Shown here: positions 1-11,960 of the stretch, piece after piece | Numbering within the stretch: the first letter of the stretch is position 1 | Layout: each line of letters starts with the position of its first letter | Source: Paraspadella gotoi | Taxonomy: Eukaryota > Animalia > Chaetognatha | Direction: 5' to 3' | Assembly: GCA_051294375.1 (NCBI GenBank) | Contig: CM119264.1 | Span: 11,135,832 to 11,199,831, forward strand | Length of the DNA: 64,000 bases | Notes under the pieces: model-generated | What the model was told of the DNA's origin: nothing | The model's input: only the letters and a program-made list of their open reading frames with translations | The model's database searches: none | Translations under genes and position numbers: made by a program

Positions 1-29
1 GGTCCTATCCGTTAACGGAATGTACTCAC

Positions 30-3000
30 CCACGGAAGCGCATAGCCAACCGATGAAAACGACGATGATAGAAGGACGTATCCATTCAGAGAGAAGGAAA
101 GGGCTGTAAACGTACTTAAAGAACTGAAAGAGGAAGGATTCTGATCCCAACTCTCGAAGGGAAGGCTCAGAGAGTCCCACGCAGCAGCAAATGTCGAACT
201 TGTTTCTTTCCTGCGCAATATTATAACAATATCACAAAGACGCAATGTGTTATTGATTAAGCCAAATCAATTCGGAAGAAAATCGTACATTTGAAATGAA
301 ATTATTTCGATAATTTGTCCGTAAAAAAAATTGAATTGTAGGTACTCTAATGGAACAACTAGAGGGTGAACTTAGGTAATATTTTGCCTGATTAACTGAG
401 CAAAGTGTCAGTCAAATTACCTTGGTAAAGAAAAGATTTTTCTTAATTAAGATAAGTAATTTTTGAATCAGAATTTTTACACAAATTTCAAATGGGAGTG
501 AAATAGAAAGTTGTTATAACTGAATGTGTGTAATATTTGTTTCTTTCATTAGTTTGAAAATTCTCTGACGTTTATGTTCCTATATACTATATAGCAAATT
601 GATAATACTTTACATCATAACTGGTGCGCTTGACATCTAACAGCTTTTTTTTATAAGAAAGTAAGCAAGCTGGACTACTGGGAGTTAAAAAATAAAAAAC
701 GTCCGCGATTTTTTTGCCAGAGTGCAAAATCTGAAGTTGCATTATCAACTTATTTAGCCATAGCATAGTATTTGATCTTTTCATTTCACTACGTGTATTT
801 TATTTTTTTTAAAGATAAATTAAACAATATATTTCTCTTTTTTTGTTTAATTGATTTCCTTTATAACTACTTTTAATTTGTTATTGCTGAATTTTAATCA
901 AAGAATTGCATCCGGCATGAAAGTATCTACAGTTATATGGCCTTAAGACTTATGTATAGAAGCTACTAGTAGGCCCAAAACCAATAAATTGTGACTGATA
1001 GATTAGTCGATTGATAAATGATAAATTTACAGATGATACTTAGACGAATAATAATAATGTGGATGCATACATTTAAAGAGATTTGCAATGTACATGTCCT
1101 GATATGCTTGAAAAGATGGAACCTTCGATCACAAAAATGATATAAAAAATGTATCAAAGACTCAAATCAGCCAAAAAAAAAGGATTTTATCATCAAAGTC
1201 AAAGCTCACTAGAATTCTTAACTTGCTTTCATACGATTTACATACTCTCGCTGATTATATAAAAAAATTTTGCTGGATTCTAAACCCTGTCACCAAACTT
1301 GAAAATTTTTTTAACAAGATTAATTTGTTTTTTATTAAAACTTTTTAGGGCTTAAACTATTTAATGTCAATGTTAAGCAAAGTGTTGTATTTGAGAAAAG
1401 ATTTATAGTTTAAGAATTAATACCCTAAAATATTCCATTTTATTAATTTATATTGAATTCATCATCAATTTGTTTGAATTTATTTAAAAAAGCGATTCTC
1501 TTCTTAATTTTAGCAAATAAGACCATAAATTTGTCAGTTATATTTCTGTTAGGTAAATAGTCTATTACCTACTAAGAAAATATATTTACCCAAGTTCACC
1601 CGTTAGGAACAACCGATCAGTCAATTTCATCATCTTTTTTTCTCTTTGACCAGACTTGGCATATACTATTAGTCTATTATTAATACCCATATCTAACAAC
1701 ATCAAGCACGTTATTTCAATGAATTTCAGTCCCAACCTGTCTCTTTGCGTCAAGAGCCAGAAATGCGACGAAAGTGGAAATCTGCAGAAGAAAGTCGATG
1801 AGAACGGCCAATGCGGCGTAAAGAGAAAATATCTTGACGGCGGGCATGTCTGTGATTGCGCCAAGAAAAAACGCCACTGCTTCCGAACACCCTGCAACAA
1901 TTAAACGCCGGGGAAGTATTTTATAAATCTAAAGATATATTTTTTTTAAAAGTACAAAACTTATTTTGTACGTAATAGTTTTTCTTTATAAGAAATTAAA
2001 AGCTTTAAATGATCAAGAAAAGGTCTAACCTGTAAGCATCATCGAAGGCGCAACGGACCCGACAATCCTTCCGATTTGTTCTTCGACAGTCTCGTCAGGA
2101 AGCCGAACGTCACGTTGAAAGGTTTGCACCAGGATGAAAATGTTGTCCACTCCAACGGCCAGCACCAGAAATGGAATAACCTACATCAACAGTCGTTTCC
2201 AAGTCAATAAAAGGACTAAACATACCGTAAGCAACTTCAGTTTGAATGAATTTATCTTTCAATTCATATCACCTCAATAATGATGAGAGTTAGTGGAACT
2301 CCACAATATGAATATATTCCAATAGACGTTGTCACGGAGACAATAACTATAATAACACCAACAATTCCCAAAAGCATTTTAGTATCGACCAGAATTCGGA
2401 GGAAACTACAAAGGAAATTTATATGAGATTGTTACAACCAATATAAAAATTATCCATTCATTTAATAAATAAGCTATCTCGCCCCTGAATTATATGCGTT
2501 TTATTTCGAATTCAACAAGGTTGATTCAGTACATACAGGAGCATCAAAACAAAACAAAGCTAAATCTAAACACAAAACAAAGTTAAAGATTGCGTGAAAA
2601 CTTATGGTGGACTAAAATCCACAAACCGTTCATCAGCGGCCTTTATTCGCCTCCCAACCCAAAGGTCCGGGGTTCTAGCCCGGTGGTCGCCTAGCAGTTA
2701 AGAGGGACCGGGCGCCTAACGTAACACGATGTTACAGCCTGATCCGAAGCTCAGGGACTGCTTTCCTGAACGGTTCTCTCACTAACTCATAACAAATATT
2801 ACTGTCTCTTTATGTTTATGATAAAAATCACAGTAACGAGTAATAAGATTCCTAATATGTTTAAACTATGATAAAGAGAGAAAATGTCTGCAAAAAATGC
2901 AATTTTAAAGCGCTGTATTTTTTAAATTAAAAATTGATTAGCACCATTAAAGTTGAAACAATCATACAAATAAAAATAAATGATTGTACTTTTTTGATAC

Positions 3001-6000
3001 TTTTTAAAATATTTGTAAATTGGTGGCGGTATATTCCCACCACTTCATCTCCCAACCTACGTCAGTCAATCCCAGTGGGTCAGCACTATCGCAACCGTTT
3101 GTCCTATTCACAGTCCTAACAACTTCCCGCTCCCCGGTCTGAAGCCCCCAGAGCACCACAGGCAACTCGGCTGTTGCTATAGTCTAAAGTTTACGAATCT
3201 AACCTGTGATACTCTCCAAGAGCGAGGGTAACGTAAACAAACATGACTAGATAAGAGATGACAATGGTTGTAACATCTCCCATACTTTCGCGGTCAATTT
3301 CATCTTGTATAGATCTCTCGGAAGTAAAAGCCAAAGTGAAGTTTTCAGAGTGCATCGAGTAGTTCTTGAGAAAGTCTATATATGCCTTTTCCCAGGCAAG
3401 TGCCGGACCCAAGTTCTGCGTAAAATGTTACTAATGAAATTGGTACAACCAATGTTATTTTAGTCATATGAAACCGTAGTTAAAAAGGCAAATTCCACAT
3501 GAATGAAGTATGAATCTCTTATTAAAATATTGTAATCCAATCAGAATATCTACCTTGGGGTCCAAACTGTTGTTGATGACAAAAATAAAATTAAGCATCT
3601 TCGCTTGGGTATAATTATCAGCATGGTAGTCGCCGACAGCCAAATATGGTGCAACTGGCGCTCCAAATTCTCCCAAACAGCTCGTTTCCATGTACGGAGT
3701 AGATATCTAAAAGAATTTAAATAAATGCAAGAAGCAAGACAACGAATGGACGATCATTTTATGTTTTCTACAATATGTCATCTATTTCAATTCTTAAACA
3801 GTTGTTAAACTTAAAGTCATAAACAACTCAAACTCAAATTTTTTTACCTGAGTGGGTCCATTAAAACACGAATATATTTGGAACAGGTAATTAGCTATTT
3901 CCAAACCAAAATCAGGATCTTTGGCAACTTTTTTGAACGTTGTACGATTATTCTGATGAAAATCATAAATTATATACAAGAGCGAAATTACTGGAACATT
4001 GTCATTGCACGATTAAAGCCAAACCTGGAAATATTGAAAAACAGATTGTACAGCACATTTATCATTATCCGGCGATAGTGGTTTAAAACATATGTCGTTC
4101 AACTTGACTGTCGAATTATTAAATTTCGCAGAGAGATCATTAATGATGAAATTTTGCAGGGACAAAGCCTCTAGCATTATGGATTTGTCGAACGCCGGTC
4201 CAAATTTAGTGTTTTCGGTACCTAAAACAGTGGAATTGTAATCAAATATTTTTCATAACATGACTTTTTTATTCTCTGTAATAAAAACTATTATACTATG
4301 CTAAAACTTTTTAATTATTTTTTGCGGTTTTAACATTATATAACATATTTTACAAATATTTATTATTTTTGATGGCGAATCCGAATCTGTTCTTAAAAAT
4401 TCAAAAAAATAATTTTGTATAATCATTGTGTTATGCTAAAAGAATTTTTTTTAGGAATTGAATTAAGTTAATTATATAAGAGTGGGGCTTAGGTAACTCA
4501 TTTAGTATTAAGAATCTATCTCTTACAATTACATGTACAAAAACAGCATAAAAATAATATTTAATCGCTCAATGTCATCAATATCAACGCTCCACCCTAT
4601 TGCACACTGCATAGTTGAGATGAAAATATTTGGTTTTTATCTTCAACCTTTTTAAATTCTTCTCAGATTTTTTAGATTAAGATTTTTGGACCGAATCTTT
4701 GTGTCTTTATCTCAGTGTCTTTATTACTGCGTTTGATAATGTTAAAAAATTTCTTTAGTAATTCAATATAACATAGAAAATATATCGAAATAGCTGGGAA
4801 AAAAGTTATCTTTATTAAGAAGTTAATAAACCGATATATATTTTCAATCCAGTCTTTATCTTTTTATAAAAATCAAGAACATATTTACTCGGGTATATAG
4901 CGTATCCAAATTCTTTAAATTTCGTATAATTTGGCATGATCATCATTTGGGCTGTCCGATAGAAAGGACCAAAATTTTTGTCAAAATAATCCTTCTCTTC
5001 GCGCGCTTGTGAGGTCGGAGAAGACCATAAATCGACGGGATCCGTGATTACTTGATAAAAATATATTCCACAAGACCCGACTAAGCAGACTAAAACCTAA
5101 ACATCAGATATTTACAAATCAATTTTTTTATTAAAATTTATCAGTAAATAAAATCTTGTATTCTTTATACTATCAGATGTGGCTGAAACAGTGCAAAATA
5201 TTCAGTTGTTAGTCATTTGTGAAAACATTCCTACTACCGACTGACAGGCAGTTCGACAATAACCTACCGAACATCCATAATTTGCTCGGAAAAATAGAGT
5301 ACTTACGCTGCAAGTTATGACCAAGTAGGGATGTCTTGCCACAAAAATTCCCCAATAAGTAAATGAGTCGGTTATTGCGTCTTCCATAAGAGACGCGAAA
5401 CGACCAAAGCAATTATCCACAGGAAGGTTCTCATACGTTCCCACATGAGACGCCTTGTCCTCTTCTGGTCCACTGACAAGCTGCTCTCCACTTTCACCGC
5501 CTGTAAATAAACAAGTTTGAGCAAACAATGTCGGATCTGCCCACGATCGTTAGCGCTAATTAATTAATTTATTAATTAATTCAAGTTAAGCAATTAATTA
5601 ATTTTAATTAATTTATTAATTAATTCAAGTTAATTAAGCAATTAATTAATTTGATCCGAAATGTTTGTTTTTAAGTCTTTTCGTCACTGACCACAACAAA
5701 AGCAATAACGATGGCGACGACGACAATAATGCCGATTAAATAATTAATTGATAAATAAATTGATTGAATAATTAATTAATAGATAAATTGATTTATTGAA
5801 TAATAAAATGATTGTTTAATGTTTATTTGACTGATTAATTAATTATTGATTAATTAACAGATTAATTAATACTTCTTGCATTTACAATTAATATAAAAAA
5901 AAGAAGCATAATCAATTAGTGAAACAGGTTTTTTGTTTTTTCCATTTAAACTTTTTCCACTCAAATGATTCCATCAAAACTAAATTTCAAGCTTAATCAC

Positions 6001-9000
6001 ATACTTTCCTACCCACATAAAAAAATTCAAATCAATTGCCCTATCCACTCATGAGTAATTGAAATAATTTTTTTGGTTTTTTTACATTTAAACTAATTTC
6101 CACTCGCACGATTCCATCGAAACTTCATATCCAGCTCAATCCCCCACTTCCCTACCCACACACAAAATTTCATTTCAATCCATCCATCCAATCACAAGTA
6201 ATTGGAGTCTTTTGCTAAGGGGGTAAGAACGGATGGACATTTATTTTTTTGCATAATTTTTCATAATTGATGTTCTGACATAATATAAATGAATGCCTGA
6301 CAAGATTGAGGGGGCGGACCGACGGACCGACAAAGTGAATTATAGAGTCGGGATCTGCTGTAAGCATATCTGACTAGAAATATGTTATGGAATTTTATGA
6401 AATTGGTACAACCAATATAAAAATTATCCATTCATTTAATAAATAAGCTAACTTGCCACTGACTTTGGACAGGATTTATATTATCACCTCTCATTTTTAA
6501 ATTGCATACCTACAACCACAACATCACTAGAGACGAGAAACAAGATCGGTTCATCCAATGTATTCCGCCGGAATGACTATTTTATGTGTATTTCTCGTAA
6601 CTTGACAGGGCGTAACATGACGCTACATAACATGACTAATTGACTACAATAACTTTATTTGTATTTTAACTGTATTTATGTCACGCACTGCATAGGAGTT
6701 CCGTCTTTTATTCTTTATACTTATAGTTTTAGGATTTTTTGAAGATTTGAGGTTTTTTTCTGTTTTAACAAATGAGCAACTGTAGTGGTAGTATTTCATA
6801 CCCCACTACTCGTCCGAGAATCAGCAGCACCTATGGCGCCGGAGGTAGCACGAGCTCCTGCCAACCCAAACGACTCTGGTTCGCGCCCTGCTGATTCACA
6901 CATGTAAAAGCGGGACGGGGCGTCTAACCCACCTGTAGTGTCGGACTACAGCCCGATCCGAAGTTCGGGACCTTGTGTGCAACGGACGGTAAACTGCTCG
7001 CGGCATCGTCTTCCACATTGGTGAGCCCACACGAACACGCTGGCACGTTAATACACCTCTGCCCGGGCATGTTAACACACCTCTGCCCTCGACCATCGTG
7101 TGTGAAGACGGGAGCAGGAATAGGCAGCCCCTCCTAGAGTGCTCGGGCACAACGCGTGCATCATAGCCATCACACTTGCGCGGGTGTGTGATGCCTAGGG
7201 GGGGATGTGTAGTGGTAGTATTTCATACCCCACTACTCGTCCGAGAATCAGCAGCACCTATGTGCATTTACCGACTGACAGACCCAAAGGTGGTTTATAG
7301 ACGATAGAGTTGCTCCGCGAGTACAAGTACAAATTATTACTTTGTGGCAAGTAAAATCATTCTCGATCTGAACCTCGTCCCGTTTACTTGCCACAACTTA
7401 ATTTAGAAGGCGATATTGCAGCAAGAAATGAAATATGTTTTATTCAGTAACAAATCGCGTCGTAAGTTCGAAAAATAATTGAGCAAACCAAATTATTCTT
7501 TAACCCGTCATACCCAATTAGCTAAGTCCAAATTCCTCAATACAATTTTAATACTAACGCGAGTTGTTTCAAAATAAGTAGCAAGAATTAATTGCGTACC
7601 AGGACAGCAGAATACTTCTGAAAACGTATCGTGTTTGTATATGAAGGAATGGCATACTGTGGCGCCCCAGAATATCATAAAAAAAAGTCCAAAGATGGAA
7701 GCCATGATGAGCGACATACAATCGATTCCAAAGATGGTGCAAGGAACGGGAGGTGGAACCGGTGGGACTGGGGCTCCGCAAGATGCCTCGCAATCCTATG
7801 ATTTTTGGTAGATTGTAACTCTGTACAGTGTACAGTGTACATTGCATAATTTGGATATTTTTACCTGACAAGAACATGCTGCAGAGTCGTTTGTCATTGG
7901 AACATCACAAGAATAGGACGTTAGATTAAAAGCACTGGGATAAAGTTTGACATGTTTTAATCCAAAAGTGAATTTTGCCGGGTGAACTGTCACTTTCACC
8001 TGTCGGGATAAAAAAAAATGGATGAAGAGTGAATACAGAGAGTCCTGTCTACACTACAGTCAGGTACAAAAACATCGCGCCACTTTATTTCAGGCTTTAA
8101 AAATCACCCTATCTATTTGAAATTTTTTTTAAATTTAAAAGTAAATTAAATTTTATTAAAAAATGATAAGTTTAATATAAATTTTATTAAAATCGGGCCG
8201 TTTAGGAGCAGAATTTTTTTTAAATAAAATACTTTATCACAAACCTGAATATGAAAAAAATTTGATAGATTTAAGATAAATATTTTTTTAGATATTTAAC
8301 TTTTTTTGTAATACATTTTAAAAAATAACATTCGGAGGGATAACTGGATAACTTGATTACCCCAGATCCTTAAATATAAAAATTATTTTTTATATAATTT
8401 TTAAAGTTTAAAGTGGCGCGTTTTTTTTTCTGCACATGAGTGTAAACGATTACCAAAGCATAGTAAGTAATACTAAGTATATATCATGATCATTTGACGC
8501 AAACATTGGATAATTTTGAAAACTAACCAGTGCATCGATAGGAGAGGCCCCATTGCTCTTACTGCCCATAAATGATAACAATTTTTGAGCAGTGCACGTT
8601 TTTGCGTCACTTCCAGTACCGCAAAATAATCCAATCGCTTTCTGATTATTGGAAGGATACTGAACGTCTTTGCATGAATTAAAGAAGTCGTCGGCCGTAT
8701 CGTTTGAAACGACTGTTTGAATACTTTCAACTTTGTCACCTGATGGAATTACAGACTATTTATTAAGATTGTTAGGACTTCCAATCATATTTAATAAGAC
8801 TTAATTTTACATTCACCGATTGGGGTTAGGGAGGATTAAGTGTTCAGGGCGATTTAGGTTTAAGGATGGTTACGGGTGGTTTGAAGTCTTTTTAAAATAA
8901 TAATATTCTTAAACTACTCATAAGATATAGCGAATATCCCAGTCGGCGTATGTAAAACTTTGCCCAGAGAAATTTTTGAGGAACGTTTTCAAAGGGGCTT

Positions 9001-9566
9001 TTACTGTCCGGAAGCTTCTTGAGAAGACTTTGCGGAGATCTTTTATGTTTAGATTTTTCTCGCATTACAGTTAAGGTTACTGACACAGAGTTAAGTGTAT
9101 GTAAATTCGTCTCGATAAGTTTTTATTAATTGTAGCTGAAGTGACTAGTACTATAATTATTCTGATCAAATTTACCTTGATGATCTTTTATCGCCATAAA
9201 ATCGGATTGATTTGGGGCGCAAGTTTGAAAACAAAAATATCTCTGAAAATTCGCAAGACAGGCTGGGCACCGTCGGAGGTTGTTTTGAGCTATTTGAAAA
9301 TTGGTTTGTAAGGCTATTATCTGTTCGGTATCGCAGCATAACTTGGGTTGTGGGTCATCTGTTTCAAAAAGTCCGTAGCACAGTTCTTTTAAAATGTTAA
9401 GGCCAGTTTCGTTAAGCAAAGGGCGGGGATCTCCCGAATATACACAAGGAACCGGGAGAATCCCATCGGGTAATTTTCCACAGTTTCCATACCACCGACA
9501 TTTTCCCTCAGCACTTGAGAATATGAGAATTAGAAGAAGAGGCGTAAGAAATGTTTTCACATCCAT
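30..9566 (-). CDS. NPC1: Niemann-Pick C1-like sterol transporter, 5' portion (multi-exon, continues past window start)
   Basis: First exon MDVKTFL... has a signal peptide and a Cys-rich NPC1 N-terminal domain ([34 protein letters not shown]). Later exons read [15 protein letters not shown], the luminal loop ([59 protein letters not shown]), the sterol-sensing domain ([32 protein letters not shown]) and exon 30-210 ([11 protein letters not shown]...[23 protein letters not shown]). GT-AG boundaries are seen. Confidence 0.95.
2421..2490 (-). repeat. Dispersed ~95-bp repeat family C, partial reverse copy
   Basis: Reverse complement of GATAGCTTATTTATTAAATGAATGGATAATTTTTATATTGGTTGT, also found at 17173, 19538 and 31938. 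Confidence 0.85.
2603..2812 (+). mobile_element. tRNA-headed structured repeat family A, copy 1 (small internal deletions)
   Basis: Highly similar by eye to 28455-28689 and 17009-17172. Contains CTCCCAA, a GGTTCTAGCCC B-box-like motif and the hairpins GTAACA/TGTTAC and CCTGA/TCAGG. Confidence 0.8.
5509..6380 (-). mobile_element. Helentron-associated (HINE/DINE-1-like) element, family D
   Basis: On the minus strand: T-rich start, a stem-loop containing GCAGATCCCGAC, a GTCGGTCCGTC microsatellite, an AATT-rich middle, a second GCAGATCCGAC subterminal repeat and a short terminal palindrome GTTTGCTCAAAC followed by TTGTT. Related copies at 21109-22131 and 37200-38035. Confidence 0.7.
6396..6474 (-). 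repeat. Dispersed repeat family C (reverse copy)
   Basis: Reverse complement of the 17173-17269 repeat. Confidence 0.85.
6530..7330 (-). mobile_element. HINE-like family B element interrupted by the TRIM at 6781-7262
   Basis: Shares TTTGAGGTTTTTTCTGT..TAACAAATGAGCAAC and GACAGAC...AGAGTTGCTCCGCGAGTAC with copies at 19125-19719, 26990-27163 and 28890-29113. Confidence 0.65.
6781..7262 (+). mobile_element. Miniature LTR retrotransposon (TRIM) with a tRNA-like Pol III promoter in the LTR; 3' LTR truncated
   Basis: Identical 55-bp direct repeat at 6781-6835 and 7208-7262 starting TGTAG. Candidate LTR end ...CCACA at 7017, followed by T and TGGTGAGCCC (PBS-like, 7019). PPT AGGGGGGGA at 7197-7205 just before the second repeat. 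A-box-like TGGCGCCGGAGG (6834) and B-box-like GGTTCGCGCCC (6878). No coding capacity. Confidence 0.75.
8057..8442. mobile_element. Tc1/mariner-type MITE
   Basis: Imperfect TIRs CAGTCAGGTACAAAAACATCGCGCCACTTT and AAAGTGGCGCGTTTTTTTTTCTGCACATGAGTG, with TA on both sides. Confidence 0.7.
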
Positions 9567-11099
9567 GATCCAATATTGAAGTTTGAACTTGTAGTTTAAC
9601 TTGAATCGGTATTTTTAGATTCAATCATTTTAACGATGGTGTTTCCAGAGCCAGGACTCGGGGTTTTCCCAATCGAAATACATAATTTTATTATGTACCC
9701 TAAAGATAATTGTAATAATAAAAGAAGTCTAAATAAGGTAAAGATTGGGTATAATTAAATAACGGCAAAACATACTTGTAAAAAAAAAATATCACAAATA
9801 AAGGAACAAAAGAAATTAAAAATTGACATTGGTTAAACAAAGCAAACCACATTTAGAAATTATTCGCAATTAAAATACACCAATATCAAATCTAAAACAT
9901 TGATAAGAATTAAGTAATAAGTAAATAACGCTAAAAGTCAAGTTTATTAAAAAAAATCAGATTAAAAATTCTAAGAAAAATTTCTCAAAAAATCATACTC
10001 ATTCTTTAATTGTTCTTACAATCAGTGGACTCTCGTCTTGTGACTAGTGCCGGCAAATGTGGGAGCTAAAGATTAAAGTTCAAAATTTGGGCAAAACTTA
10101 CGGATACCATCTGTCGAATGGAACCTTAATATTCTTGGTTTCAACAAGTATTAACTCTATTAATTTTAGCCAAATATCTTAAAAAATACTTAAATATTTA
10201 TTTTTGGAAATAAGTTAAATCTACTAATACGTATTAGGTTAATCCAACTAAATAAGATAAATTTATTTATCCCGTTTTTGAATATTACACCAAAATTTGA
10301 AATCAATTTAACGTGATTTAATTCTCAATGAGGGCGAAGTTCAAACGACCTTGAACCAGGTTTGATAAAAAAATTCTCAAAAACGAAACAAGTATTTTAA
10401 CAAAAATACTATTTAGAAGAGTCAATTTTTAAGAATTTGTATATTTTTAAAATTTATACCGAAAGAAATCGATACCGCTTAGTTACCGCTAGTAACTATT
10501 ACTGTCTCATCTAGTCATGGTCCTGAGGATTGGAGGGACATTATCATTCCATCAGACAACCATACGAAGAGTTAATCATATCTTCTTTTTAGTAAGTTCA
10601 ATAAAATTTTCAATACATACAATTACAGATATTTAAAAAAAAACAACTTTTAAGTGGTTTTTCAAAAGCCGTCAAAACCGCGGTCGACGAAAGTAAAATT
10701 TGGCCAAAGATTATTTAAATCCAACCGAAATCACGAAATATCACAGAATGTCATAAAAAACACCAAGAATCACAAAAAAAAGGAGTTTACGTCACAATCT
10801 AAGTGCAAATGATAAATGTTCTTGTTGGTTTTTTGTTCTGAAAAGAGAACGATAGGACGAAAGGCACAGAAAACTGAACGACAAAAATTTAAATTGTATT
10901 AACTAATAATACGTATAATAAGAAAAAATGCTGATTAACAAAGCTGAATGATTCCCCTGGGTCAGGGGGGGGGGTTAGGGTTGGTTTGCCTTGTTTTCCG
11001 GACGGGTCCCCGTACCATTATTATATTATTACAGAACGTATTCCCCAGTTTGAAGAGCCTCCACCAGCCATTATAACCGGAGTTGAATACGCTCTGGAG

Positions 11100-11960
11100 G
11101 CTTATGGGAAAACGAAGAGAAAGAAGAGGAAAAAATAAAGTTCGTTTCTTTACAGAAAAGAAAATTTAAGACCGTAACAATGATATTAAAACGTTTTTAA
11201 GCTTCACGAACTAAGGATTTATTTTCAATTCTTTAAAAAATGTTTTTTAAATATTAATAATTGTAATATTTTTTTTTCTTTGCCTTTGATAAATATTTAC
11301 AAAATAACAGTTTTTATTTGTGATAACCACGATCATTTAATAATTCGGATATGTTTTGGTTATTGTTTTTTGAACCTTCATCAGCCAGTTTTAAAAATTT
11401 TAATAAATATTTGGATACTAACTTTAAAAGATAGAGAGAGGCAATTTTAACCTTGATATCTCTCTCTCTCTCCGAATTATTAAATGATCATTGTAATCAT
11501 AAATGAAAACTCTGTTACTTTGTAAATATTATTATTATATTTTTTTATAAATTTATTAATATTTAAATATTTTTTGAAAAGTAAAATTTAAAAAGCCAAA
11601 CTTAGCCCTAACCCAAACTAACCTCTACCCCTAACTTACCTCTACCCCTAACTTACCCCTAAACCTAACTTACCCCTAACTTATTTTTAACCCTAACTTA
11701 TTTTTCTAGTTAACTTACACTTATTCTTAATTTATTCTTAACCATAATTTATTGTAACCTTAATTTTTACCCAAATATATATTGGTTGTACCAATTTCAT
11801 ATAACAAAAATAAAAAATATTAAAAGAAAAATTATGATATCTGAATTGCTTTATTTTTTTTCCCGAAACGTTATCCTCTTCGACTTCGTTTCATTTCGTT
11901 CTTCTTTTTTCCGTTAATTCTTTAAGAAAAACCTTGCTATTCGTTTTCCCAATAAATTAT
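11100..11960. mobile_element. Foldback/MITE-like element with degenerate CCCTAA/CCTAA-like tract
   Basis: 11290-11349 is the approximate reverse complement of 11471-11530. TATGGGAAAACGAA (~11103) is mirrored by TTCGTTTTCCCAATA (~11940). TAACCC/CCTAAC-like units lie at 11600-11770. Confidence 0.55.

Noticed and set aside
6896-7150. 84-aa ORF with GRGVLTC repeat
   Set aside because: Antisense by-product of the GC-rich TRIM and its 23-bp tandem duplication.
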